A stretch of 64,000 nucleotides of DNA from Auanema rhodensis (Eukaryota > Animalia > Nematoda). Of this stretch, positions 10,601 through 24,000 are shown in pieces (position 1 is the stretch's first letter; every line of letters begins with the position of its first letter). The stretch spans positions 21,886,001 to 21,950,000 of the forward strand of contig OZ059894.1 of assembly GCA_964057225.1 (NCBI GenBank), read 5' to 3'. The notes beneath the pieces were generated by a model that was given only the letters and a program-made list of their open reading frames with translations, was not told where the DNA came from and made no database searches. The position numbers and the translations under genes are program-made.

Positions 10601-13099
10601 CATTGTCCATCGTCTTTGCCTTGAAAAAAGAAATCTAAAAACATCTACTTTTTGCTAAATTATTTTGAAATTTTTCGAAAAAATTTTTGTCAAAATGTTT
10701 TTGGAAGCAATGTTGAGTGTACATGGAAACTCAACATACACTAATGCATCATTTTTCAAACGATCATAACTAATTTGTGTATTAAGCGTTTCTCAATGTA
10801 GTATAGTGCATTCGATGCGGATTTTTAAGCTGCGTCGATCTGTGTTATCAGATTTGCGCTAGCTTAAAAATGCACCGAGATATCAACTGATATAAGTTCA
10901 CACTTATATCCTCGATTTTCACCCTGAAGAATTAATTTTTTCGTTGAATAACATTGTCTATCGTCTTTGCCTTGAAAAATGGAATCTAAAAACATCTACT
11001 TTTTGCTAAATTATTTTGAAATTTTTCGAAAAAATTTTTGTCAAAATGTTTTTGGAAGCAATGTTGAGTGTACATGGAAACTCAACATACACTAATGCAT
11101 CATTTTTGAAACGATCATAACTAATTTTTGTATTAAGCGTTTCTCAATGTAGTATAGTGCATTCGATGCGGATTTTTAAGCTGCGTCGATCTGTGTTATC
11201 AGATTTGCGCTAACTTAAAAATGCACCGAGACATCAACTGATATAAGTTCACACTTATATCCTCGATTTTCACCCTGAAGAATTAATTTTTTCGTTGAAT
11301 AACATTGTCCATCGTCTTTGCTTTAAAAAAAGGAATCTAAAAACATCTACTTTTTGCTAAATTATTTTGAAATTTTTCGAAAAAATTTTTGTCAAAATGT
11401 TTTTGGAAGCAATGTTGAGTGTACATGGAAACTCAACATACACTAATGCATCATTTTTCAAACGATCATAACTAATTTTTGTATCAAGCGTTTCTCAATG
11501 TAGTATAGTGCATTCGATGCGGATTTTTAAGCTGCGTCGATCTGTGTTATCAGATTTGCGCTAGCTTAAAAATGCACCGAGATATCAACTGATATAAGTT
11601 CACACTTATATCCTCGATTTTCACCCTGAAGAATTAATTTTTTCGTTGAATAGCATTGTCCATCGTCTTTGCCTTGAAAAAAGAAATCTAAAAACATCTA
11701 CTTTTTGCTAAATTATCTTGAAATTTTTCGAAAAAATTTTTGTCAAAATGTTTTTGGAAGCAATGTTGAGTGTACATGGAAACTCAACATACACTAATGC
11801 ATCATTTTTCAAACGATCATAACTAATTTTTGTATCAAGCGTTTCTCGATGTAGTAAAGTGCATTCGATGCGGATTTTTAAGCTGCGTCGATCTGTGTTA
11901 TCAGATTTGCGCTAGCTTAAAAATGCACCGAGATATCAACTGATATAAGTTCACACTTATATCCTCGATTTTCACCCTGAAGAATTAATTTTTTCGTTGA
12001 ATAACATTGTCTATCGTCTTTGCCTTGAAAAATGGAGTCTAAAAACATCTACTTTTTGCTAAATTATTTTGAAATTTTTCGAAAAAATTTTTGTCAAAAT
12101 GTTTTTGGAAGCAATGTTGAGTGTACATGGAAACTCAACATACACTAATGCATCATTTTTCAAACGATCATAACTAATTTTTGTATTAAGCGTTTCTCAA
12201 TGTAGTATAGTGCATTCGATGCGGATTTTAAAGCTGCGTAGATCTGTGTTATCAGATTTGCGCTAACTTAAAAATGCACCGAGACATCAACTGATATAAG
12301 TTCACACTTATATCCTCGATTTTCACCCTGAAGAATTAATTTTTTCGTTGAATAACATTGTCCATCGTCTTTGCTTTAAAAAAAGGAATCTAAAAACATC
12401 TACTTTTTGCTAAATTATTTTGAAATTTTTCGAAAAAATTTTTGTCAAAATGTTTTTGGAAGCAATGTTGAGTGTACATGGAAACTCAACATACACTAAT
12501 GCATCATTTTTCAAACGATCATAACTAATTTTTGTATCAAGCGTTTCTCGATGTAGTATAGTGCATTCGATGCGGATTTTTAAGCTGCGTCGATCTGTGT
12601 TATCAGATTTGCGCTAGCTTAAAAATGCACCGAGATATCAACTGATATAAGTTCACACTTATATCCTCGATTTTCACCCTGAAGAATTAATTTTTTCGTT
12701 GAATAACATTGTCCATCGTCTTTGCCTTGAAAAATGGAATCTAAAAACATCTACTTTTTGCTAAATTATCTTGAAATTTTTCGAAAAAATTTTTGTCAAA
12801 ATGTTTTTGGAAGCAATGTTGAGTGTACATGGAAACTCAACATACACTAATGCATCATTTTTCAAACGATCATAACTAATTTTTGTATTAAGCGTTTCTC
12901 AATGTAGTATAGTGCATTCGATGCGGATTTTTAAGCTGCGTCGATCTGTGTTATCAGATTTGCGCTAACTTAAAAATGCACCGAGACATCAACTGATATA
13001 AGTTCACACTTATATCCTCGATTTTCACCCTGAAGAATTAATTTTTTCGTTGAATAACATTTTCCATCGTCTTTGATTTAAAAAAAGGAATCTAAAAAC

Positions 13100-16000
13100 A
13101 TCTACTTTTTGCTAAATTATTTTGAAATTTTTCGAAAAAATTTTTGTCAAAATGTTTTTGGAAGCAATGTTGAGTGTACATGGAAACTCAACATACACTA
13201 ATGCATCATTTTTCGAACGATCATAACTAATTTTTGTATTAAGCGTTTCTCAATGTAGTAAAGTGCATTCGATGCGGATTTTTAAGCTGCGTCGATCTGT
13301 GTTATCAGATTTGCGCTAGCTTAAAAATGCACCGAGATATCAACTGATATAAGTTCACACTTATATCCTCGATTTTCACCCTGAAGAATTAATTTTTTCG
13401 TTGAATAACATTTTCCATCGTCTTTGATTTAAAAAAAGGAATCTAAAAACATCTACTTTTTGCTAAATTATTTTGAAATTTTTCGAAAAAATTTTTGTCA
13501 AAATGTTTTTGGAAGCAATGTTGAGTGTACATGGAAACTCAACATACACTAATGCATCATTTTTCAAACGATCATAACTAATTTTTGTATTAAGCGTTTC
13601 TCAATGTAGTAAAGTGCATTCGATGCGGATTTTTAAGCTGCGTCGATCTGTGTTATCAGATTTGCGCTAGCTTAAAAATGCACCGAGATATCAACTGATA
13701 TAAGTTCACACTTATATCCTCGATTTTCACCCTGAAGAATTAATTTTTTCGTTGAATAACATTGTCTATCGTCTTTGCCTTGAAAAATGGAATCTAAAAA
13801 CATCTACTTTTTGCTAAATTATTTTGAAATTTTTCGAAAAAATTTTTGTCAAAATGTTTTTGGAAGCAATGTTGAGTGTACATGGAAACTCAACATACAC
13901 TAATGCATCATTTTTCAAACGATCATAACTAATTTGTGTATTAAGCGTTTCTCAATGTAGTATAGTGCATTCGATGCGGATTTTTAAGCTGCGTCGATCT
14001 GTGTTATCAGATTTGCGCTAGCTTAAAAATGCACCGAGATATCAACTGATATAAGTTCACACTTATATCCTCGATTTTCACCCTGAAGAATTAATTTTTT
14101 CGTTGAATAACATTGTCCATCGTCTTTGCCTTAAGAAAAGGAATCTAAAAACATCTACTTTTTGCTAAATTATTTTGAAATTTTTCGAAAAAATTTTTGT
14201 CAAAATGTTTTTGGAAGCAATGTTGTGTGTACATGGAAACTCAACATACACTAATGCATCATTTTTCAAACGATCATAACTAATTTTTGTATCAAGCGTT
14301 TCTCAATGTAGTATAGTGCATTCGATGCGGATTTTTAAGCTGCGTCGATCTGTGTTATCAGATTTGCGCTAGCTTAAAAATGCACCGAGATATCAACTGA
14401 TATAAGTTCACACTTATATCCTCGATTTTCACCCTGAAGAATTAATTTTTTCGTTGAATAACATTGTCCATCGTCTTTGCCTTAAAAAAAGGAATCTAAA
14501 AACATCTACTTTTTGCTAAATTATTTTGAAATTTTTCGAAAAAATTTTTGTCAAAATGTTTTTGGAAGCAATGTTGAGTGTACATGGAAACTCAACATAC
14601 ACTAATGCATCATTTTTCAAACGATCATAACTAATTTTTGTATCAAGCGTTTCTTGATGTAGTATAGTGCATTCGATGCGGATTTTTAAGCTGCGTCGAT
14701 CTGTGTTATCAGATTTGCGCTAGCTTAAAAATGCACCGAGATATCAACTGATACAAGTTCACACTTATATCCTCGATTTTCACCCTGAAGAATTAATTTT
14801 TTCGTTGAATAACATTGTCTATCGTCTTTGCCTTGAAAAATGGAATCTAAAAACATCTACTTTTTGCTAAATTATTTTGAAATTTTTCGAAAAAATTTTT
14901 GTCAAAATGTTTTTGGAAGCAATGTTGAGTGTACATGGAAACTCAACATACACTAATGCATCATTTTTCAAACGATCATAACTAATTTTTGTATCAAGCG
15001 TTTCTTGATGTAGTATAGTGCATTCGATGCGGATTTTTAAGCTGCGTCGATCTGTGTTATCAGATTTGCGCTAGCTTAAAAATGCACCGAGATATCAACT
15101 GATATAAGTTCACACTTATATCCTCGATTTTCACCCTGAAGAATTAATTTTTTCGTTGAATAACATTGTCTATCGTCTTTGCCTTGAAAAATGGAATCTA
15201 AAAACATCTACTTTTTGCTAAATTATTTTGAAATTTTTCGAAAAAATTTTTGTCAAAATGTTTTTGGAAGCAATGTTGAGTGTACATGGAAACTCAACAT
15301 ACACTAATGCATCATTTTTCGAACGATCATAACTAATTTTTGTATTAAGCGTTTCTCAATGTAGTAAAGTGCATTCGATGCGGATTTTTAAGCTGCGTCG
15401 ATCTGTGTTATCAGATTTGCGCTAGCTTAAAAATGCACCGAGATATCAACTGATATAAGTTCACACTTATATCCTCGATTTTCACCCTGAAGAATTAATT
15501 TTTTCGTTGAATAACATTTTCCATCGTCTTTGATTTAAAAAAAGGAATCTAAAAACATCTACTTTTTGCTAAATTATTTTGAAATTTTTCGAAAAAATTT
15601 TTGTCAAAATGTTTTTGGAAGCAATGTTGAGTGTACATGGAAACTCAACATACACTAATGCATCATTTTTCAAACGATCATAACTAATTTTTGTATTAAG
15701 CGTTTCTCAATGTAGTAAAGTGCATTCGATGCGGATTTTTAAGCTGCGTCGATCTGTGTTATCAGATTTGCGCTAGCTTAAAAATGCACCGAGATATCAA
15801 CTGATATAAGTTCACACTTATATCCTCGATTTTCACCCTGAAGAATTAATTTTTTCGTTGAATAACATTGTCTATCGTCTTTGCCTTGAAAAATGGAATC
15901 TAAAAACATCTACTTTTTGCTAAATTATTTTGAAATTTTTCGAAAAAATTTTTGTCAAAATGTTTTTGGAAGCAATGTTGAGTGTACATGGAAACTCAAC

Positions 16001-17400
16001 ATACACTAATGCATCATTTTTCAAACGATCATAACTAATTTGTGTATTAAGCGTTTCTCAATGTAGTATAGTGCATTCGATGCGGATTTTTAAGCTGCGT
16101 CGATCTGTGTTATCAGATTTGCGCTAGCTTAAAAATGCACCGAGATATCAACTGATATAAGTTCACACTTATATCCTCGATTTTCACCCTGAAGAATTAA
16201 TTTTTTCGTTGAATAACATTGTCCATCGTCTTTGCCTTAAGAAAAGGAATCTAAAAACATCTACTTTTTGCTAAATTATTTTGAAATTTTTCGAAAAAAT
16301 TTTTGTCAAAATGTTTTTGGAAGCAATGTTGTGTGTACATGGAAACTCAACATACACTAATGCATCATTTTTCAAACGATCATAACTAATTTTTGTATCA
16401 AGCGTTTCTCAATGTAGTATAGTGCATTCGATGCGGATTTTTAAGCTGCGTCGATCTGTGTTATCAGATTTGCGCTAGCTTAAAAATGCACCGAGATATC
16501 AACTGATATAAGTTCACACTTATATCCTCGATTTTCACCCTGAAGAATTAATTTTTTCGTTGAATAACATTGTCCATCGTCTTTGCCTTAAAAAAAGGAA
16601 TCTAAAAACATCTACTTTTTGCTAAATTATTTTGAAATTTTTCGAAAAAATTTTTGTCAAAATGTTTTTGGAAGCAATGTTGAGTGTACATGGAAACTCA
16701 ACATACACTAATGCATCATTTTTCAAACGATCATAACTAATTTTTGTATCAAGCGTTTCTTGATGTAGTATAGTGCATTCGATGCGGATTTTTAAGCTGC
16801 GTCGATCTGTGTTATCAGATTTGCGCTAGCTTAAAAATGCACCGAGATATCAACTGATACAAGTTCACACTTATATCCTCGATTTTCACCCTGAAGAATT
16901 AATTTTTTCGTTGAATAACATTGTCTATCGTCTTTGCCTTGAAAAATGGAATCTAAAAACATCTACTTTTTGCTAAATTATTTTGAAATTTTTCGAAAAA
17001 ATTTTTGTCAAAATGTTTTTGGAAGCAATGTTGAGTGTACATGGAAACTCAACATACACTAATGCATCATTTTTCAAACGATCATAACTAATTTTTGTAT
17101 CAAGCGTTTCTTGATGTAGTATAGTGCATTCGATGCGGATTTTTAAGCTGCGTCGATCTGTGTTATCAGATTTGCGCTAGCTTAAAAATGCACCGAGATA
17201 TCAACTGATATAAGTTCACACTTATATCCTCGATTTTCACCCTGAAGAATTAATTTTTTCGTTGAATAACATTGTCTATCGTCTTTGCCTTGAAAAATGG
17301 AATCTAAAAACATCTACTTTTTGCTAAATTATTTTGAAATTTTTCGAAAAAATTTTTGTCAAAATGTTTTTGGAAGCAATGTTGAGTGTACATGGAAACT
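13100..17400 (+). repeat. Tandem duplication of a 6-monomer block (2106 bp)
   Basis: The markers TTTTCGAACG (~13215/~15321), TTTTCCAT, AAGAAAAGG+GTTGTGTG and GATACAAG recur in the same order at +2106. Ends are approximate. Confidence 0.88.
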
Positions 17401-20400
17401 CAACATACACTAATGCATCATTTTTCAAACGATCATAACTAATTTTTGTATCAAGCGTTTCTCAATGTAGTATAGTGCATTCGATGCGGATTTTTAAGCT
17501 GCGTCGATCTGTGTTATCAGATTTGCGCTAGCTTAAAAATGCACCGAGATATCAACTGATATAAGTTCACACTTATATCCTCGATTTTCACCCTGAAGAA
17601 TTAATTTTTTCGTTGAATAACATTGTCCATCGTCTTTGCCTTAAAAAAAGGAATCTAAAAACATCTACTTTTTGCTAAATTATTTTGAAATTTTTCGAAA
17701 AAATTTTTGTCAAAATGTTTTTGGAAGCAATGTTGAGTGTACATGGAAACTCAACATACACTAATGCATCATTTTTCAAACGATCATAACTAATTTTTGT
17801 ATCAAGCGTTTCTTGATGTAGTATAGTGCATTCGATGCGGATTTTTAAGCTGCGTCGATCTGTGTTATCAGATTTGCGCTAGCTTAAAAATGCACCGAGA
17901 TATCAACTGATACAAGTTCACACTTATATCCTCGATTTTCACCCTGAAGAATTAATTTTTTCGTTGAATAACATTGTCTATCGTCTTTGCCTTGAAAAAT
18001 GGAATCTAAAAACATCTACTTTTTGCTAAATTATTTTGAAATTTTTCGAAAAAATTTTTGTCAAAATGTTTTTGGAAGCAATGTTGAGTGTACATGGAAA
18101 CTCAACATACACTAATGCATCATTTTTCAAACGATCATAACTAATTTTTGTATCAAGCGTTTCTTGATGTAGTATAGTGCATTCGATGCGGATTTTTAAG
18201 CTGCGTCGATCTGTGTTATCAGATTTGCGCTAGCTTAAAAATGCACCGAGATATCAACTGATATAAGTTCACACTTATGTCCTCGATTTTCACCCTGAAG
18301 AATTAATTTTTTCGTTGAATAACATTGTCCATCGTCTTTGCCTTAAAAAAAGGAATCTAAAAACATCTACTTTTTGCTAAATTATTTTGAAATTTTTCGA
18401 AAAAATTTTTGTCAAAATGTTTTTGGAAGCAATGTTGAGTGTACATGGAAACTCAACATACACTAATGCATCATTTTTCAAACGATCATAACTAATTTTT
18501 GTATCAAGCGTTTTTTGATGTAGTATAGTGCATTCGATGCGGATTTTTAAGCTGCGTCGATCTGTGTTATCAGATTTGCGCTAGCTTGAAAATGCACCGA
18601 GATATCAACTGATACAAGTTCACACTTATATCCTCGATTTTCACCCTGAAGAATTAATTTTTTCGTTGAATAACATTGTCTATCGTCTTTGCCTTGAAAA
18701 ATGGAATCTAAAAACATCTACTTTTTGCTAAATTATTTTGAAATTTTTCGAAAAAATTTTTGTCAAAATGTTTTTGGAAGCAATGTTGAGTGTACATGGA
18801 AACTCAACATACACTAATGCATCATTTTTCAAACGATCATAACTAATTTTTGTATCAAGCGTTTCTTGATGTAGTATAGTGCATTCGATGCGGATTTTTA
18901 AGCTGCGTCGATCTGTGTTATCAGATTTGCGCTAGCTTAAAAATGCACCGAGATATCAACTGATATAAGTTCACACTTATATCCTCGATTTTCACCCTGA
19001 AGAATTAATTTTTTCGTTGAATAACATTGTCTATCGTCTTTGCCTTGAAAAATGGAATCTAAAAACATCTACTTTTTGCTAAATTATTTTGAAATTTTTC
19101 GAAAAAATTTTTGTCAAAATGTTTTTGGAAGCAATGTTGTGTGTACATGGAAACTCAACATACACTAATGCATCATTTTTCAAACGATCATAACTAATTT
19201 TTGTATCAAGCGTTTCTCAATATAGTATAGTGCATTCGATGCGGATTTTTAAGCTGCGTCGATCTGTGTTATCAGATTTGCGCTAGCTTAAAAATGCACC
19301 GAGATATCAACTGATATAAGTTCACACTTATATCCTCGATTTTCACCCTGAAGAATTAATTTTTTCGTTGAATAACATTGTCCATCGTCTTTGCCTTAAG
19401 AAAAGGAATCTAAAAACATCTACTTTTTGCTAAATTATTTTGAAATTTTTCGAAAAAATTTTTGTCAAAATGTTTTTGGAAGCAATGTTGTGTGTACATG
19501 GAAACTCAACATACACTAATGCATCATTTTTCAAACGATCATAACTAATTTTTGTATCAAGCGTTTCTCAATGTAGTATAGTGCATTCGATGCGGATTTT
19601 TAAGCTGCGTCGATCTGTGTTATCAGATTTGCGCTAGCTTAAAAATGCACCGAGATATCAACTGATATAAGTTCACACTTATATCCTCGATTTTCACCCT
19701 GAAGAATTAATTTTTTCGTTGAATAACATTGTCTATCGTCTTTGCCTTGAAAAATGGAATCTAAAAACATCTACTTTTTGCTAAATTATTTTGAAATTTT
19801 TCGAAAAAATTTTTGTCAAAATGTTTTTGGAAGCAATGTTGAGTGTACATGGAAACTCAACATACACTAATGCATCATTTTTCAAACGATCATAACTAAT
19901 TTGTGTATTAAGCGTTTCTCAATGTAGTATAGTGCATTCGATGCGGATTTTCAAGCTGCGTCGATCTGTGTTATCAGATTTGCGCTAGCTTAAAAATGCA
20001 CCGAGATATCAACTGATATAAGTTCACACTTATATCCTCGATTTTCACCCTGAAGAATTAATTTTTTCGTTGAATAACATTGTCCATCGTCTTTGCCTTA
20101 AGAAAAGGAATCTAAAAACATCTACTTTTTGCTAAATTATTTTGAAATTTTTCGAAAAAATTTTTGTCAAAATGTTTTTGGAAGCAATGTTGTGTGTACA
20201 TGGAAACTCAACATACACTAATGCATCATTTTTCAAACGATCATAACTAATTTTTGTATCAAGCGTTTCTCAATGTAGTATAGTGCATTCGATGCGGATT
20301 TTTAAGCTGCGTCGATCTGTGTTATCAGATTTGCGCTAGCTTAAAAATGCACCGAGATATCAACTGATATAAGTTCACACTTATATCCTCGATTTTCACC

Positions 20401-21060
20401 CTGAAGAATTAATTTTTTCGTTGAATAACATTGTCCATCGTCTTTGCCTTAAAAAAAGGAATCTAAAAACATCTACTTTTTGCTAAATTATTTTGAAATT
20501 TTTCGAAAAAATTTTTGTCAAAATGTTTTTGGAAGCAATGTTGAGTGTACATGGAAACTCAACATACACTAATGCATCATTTTTCAAACGATCATAACTA
20601 ATTTTTGTATCAAGCGTTTCTTGATGTAGTATAGTGCATTCGATGCGGATTTTTAAGCTGCGTCGATCTGTGTTATCAGATTTGCGCTAGCTTAAAAATG
20701 CACCGAGATATCAACTGATACAAGTTCACACTTGTATCCTCGATTTTCACCCTGAAGAATTAATTTTTTCGTTGAATAACATTGTCTATCGTCTTTGCCT
20801 TGAAAAATGGAATCTAAAAACATCTACTTTTTGCTAAATTATTTTGAAATTTTTCGAAAAAATTTTTGTCAAAATGTTTTTGGAAGCAATGTTGAGTGTA
20901 CATGGAAACTCAACATACACTAATGCATCATTTTTCAAACGATCATAACTAATTTTTGTATCAAGCGTTTCTTGATGTAGTCTAGTGCATTCGATGCGGA
21001 TTTTTAAGCTGCGTCGATCTGTGTTATCAGATTTGCGCTAGCTTAAAAATGCACCGAGAT

Positions 21061-24000
21061 ATCAACTGATATAAGTTCACACTTATATCCTCGATTTTCA
21101 CCCTGAAGAATTAATTTTTTCGTTGAATAACATTGTCCATCGTCTTTGCCTTAAAAAAAGGAATCTGAAAACATCTACTTTTTGCTAAATTATTTTGAAA
21201 TTTTTCGAAAAAATTTTTGTCAAAATGTTTTTGGAAGCAATGTTGAGTGTACATGGAAACTCAACATACACTAATGCATCATTTTTCAAACGATCATAAC
21301 TAATTTTTGTATCAAGCGTTTCTTGATGTAGTATAGTGCATTCGATGCGGATTTTTAAGCTGCGTCGATCTGTGTTATCAGATTTGCGCTAGCTTAAAAA
21401 TGCACCGAGATATCAACTGATACAAGTTCACACTTATATCCTCGATTTTCACCCTGAAGAATTAATTTTTTCGTTGAATAACATTGTCTATCGTCTTTGC
21501 CTTGAAAAATGGAATCTAAAAAACATCTACTTTTTGCTAAATTATTTTGAAATTTTTCGAAAAAATTTTTGTCAAAATGTTTTTGGAAGCAATGTTGAGT
21601 GTACATGGAAACTCAACATACACTAATGCATCATTTTTCAAACGATCATAACTAATTTTTGTATCAAGCGTTTCTTGATGTAGTATAGTGCATTCGATGC
21701 GGATTTTTAAGCTGCGTCGATCTGTGTTATCAGATTTGCGCTAGCTTAAAAATGCACCGAGATATCAACTGATATAAGTTCACACTTATATCCTCGATTT
21801 TCACCCTGAAGAATTAATTTTTTCGTTGAATAACATTGTCTATCGTCTTTGCCTTGAAAAATGGAATCTAAAAACATCTACTTTTTGCTAAATTATTTTG
21901 AAATTTTTCGAAAAAATTTTTGTCAAAATGTTTTTGGAAGCAATGTTGAGTGTACATGGAAACTCAACATACACTAATGCATCATTTTTCAAACAATCAT
22001 AACTAATTTTTGTATCAAGCGTTTCTCAATGTAGTATAGTGCATTCGATGCGGATTTTTAAGCTGCGTCGATCTGTGTTATCAGATTTGCGCTAGCTTAA
22101 AAATGCACCGAGATATCAACTGATATAAGTTCACACTTATATCCTCGATTTTCACCCTGAAGAATTAATTTTTTCGTTGAATAACATTGTCTATCGTCTT
22201 TGCCTTGAAAAATGGAATCTAAAAACATCTACTTTTTGCTAAATTATTTTGAAATTTTTCGAAAAAATTTTTGTCAAAATGTTTTTGGAAGCAATGTTGA
22301 GTGTACATGGAAACTCAACATACACTAATGCATCATTTTTCAAACGATCATAACTAATTTTTGTATCAAGCGTTTCTCGATGTAGTATAGTGCATTCGAT
22401 GCGGATTTTTAAGCTGCGTCGATCTGTGTTATCAGATTTGCGCTAGCTTAAAAATGCACCGAGATATCAACTGATATAAGTTCACACTTATATCCTCGAT
22501 TTTCACCCTGAAGAATTAATTTTTTCGTTGAATAACATTGTCCATCGTCTTTGCCTTAAAAAAAGGAATCTGAAAACATCTACTTTTTGCTAAATTATTT
22601 TGAAATTTTTCGAAAAAATTTTTGTCAAAATGTTTTTGGAAGCAATGTTGAGTGTACATGGAAACTCAACATACACTAATGCATCATTTTTCAAACGATC
22701 ATAACTAATTTTTGTATCAAGCGTTTCTTGATGTAGTATAGTGCATTCGATGCGGATTTTTAAGCTGCGTCGATCTGTGTTATCAGATTTGCGCTAGCTT
22801 AAAAATGCACCGAGATATCAACTGATACAAGTTCACACTTATATCCTCGATTTTCACCCTGAAGAATTAATTTTTTCGTTGAATAACATTGTCTATCGTC
22901 TTTGCCTTGAAAAATGGAATCTAAAAAACATCTACTTTTTGCTAAATTATTTTGAAATTTTTCGAAAAAATTTTTGTCAAAATGTTTTTGGAAGCAATGT
23001 TGAGTGTACATGGAAACTCAACATACACTAATGCATCATTTTTCAAACGATCATAACTAATTTTTGTATCAAGCGTTTCTTGATGTAGTATAGTGCATTC
23101 GATGCGGATTTTTAAGCTGCGTCGATCTGTGTTATCAGATTTGCGCTAGCTTAAAAATGCACCGAGATATCAACTGATATAAGTTCACACTTATATCCTC
23201 GATTTTCACCCTGAAGAATTAATTTTTTCGTTGAATAACATTGTCTATCGTCTTTGCCTTGAAAAATGGAATCTAAAAACATCTACTTTTTGCTAAATTA
23301 TTTTGAAATTTTTCGAAAAAATTTTTGTCAAAATGTTTTTGGAAGCAATGTTGAGTGTACATGGAAACTCAACATACACTAATGCATCATTTTTCAAACA
23401 ATCATAACTAATTTTTGTATCAAGCGTTTCTCAATGTAGTATAGTGCATTCGATGCGGATTTTTAAGCTGCGTCGATCTGTGTTATCAGATTTGCGCTAG
23501 CTTAAAAATGCACCGAGATATCAACTGATATAAGTTCACACTTATATCCTCGATTTTCACCCTGAAGAATTAATTTTTTCGTTGAATAACATTGTCTATC
23601 GTCTTTCCCTTGAAAAATGGAATCTAAAAACATCTACTTTTTGCTAAATTATTTTGAAATTTTTCGAAAAAATTTTTGTCAAAATGTTTTTGGAAGCAAT
23701 GTTGAGTGTACATGGAAACTCAACATACACTAATGCATCATTTTTCAAACGATCATAACTAATTTTTGTATCAAGCGTTTCTCGATGTAGTATAGTGCAT
23801 TCGATGCGGATTTTTAAGCTGCGTCGATCTGTGTTATCAGATTTGCGCTAGCTTAAAAATGCACCGAGATATCAACTGATATAAGTTCACACTTATATCC
23901 TCGATTTTCACCCTGAAGAATTAATTTTTTCGTTGAATAACATTGTCCATCGTCTTTGCCTTGAAAAATGGAATCTAAAAACATCTACTTTTTGCTAAAT

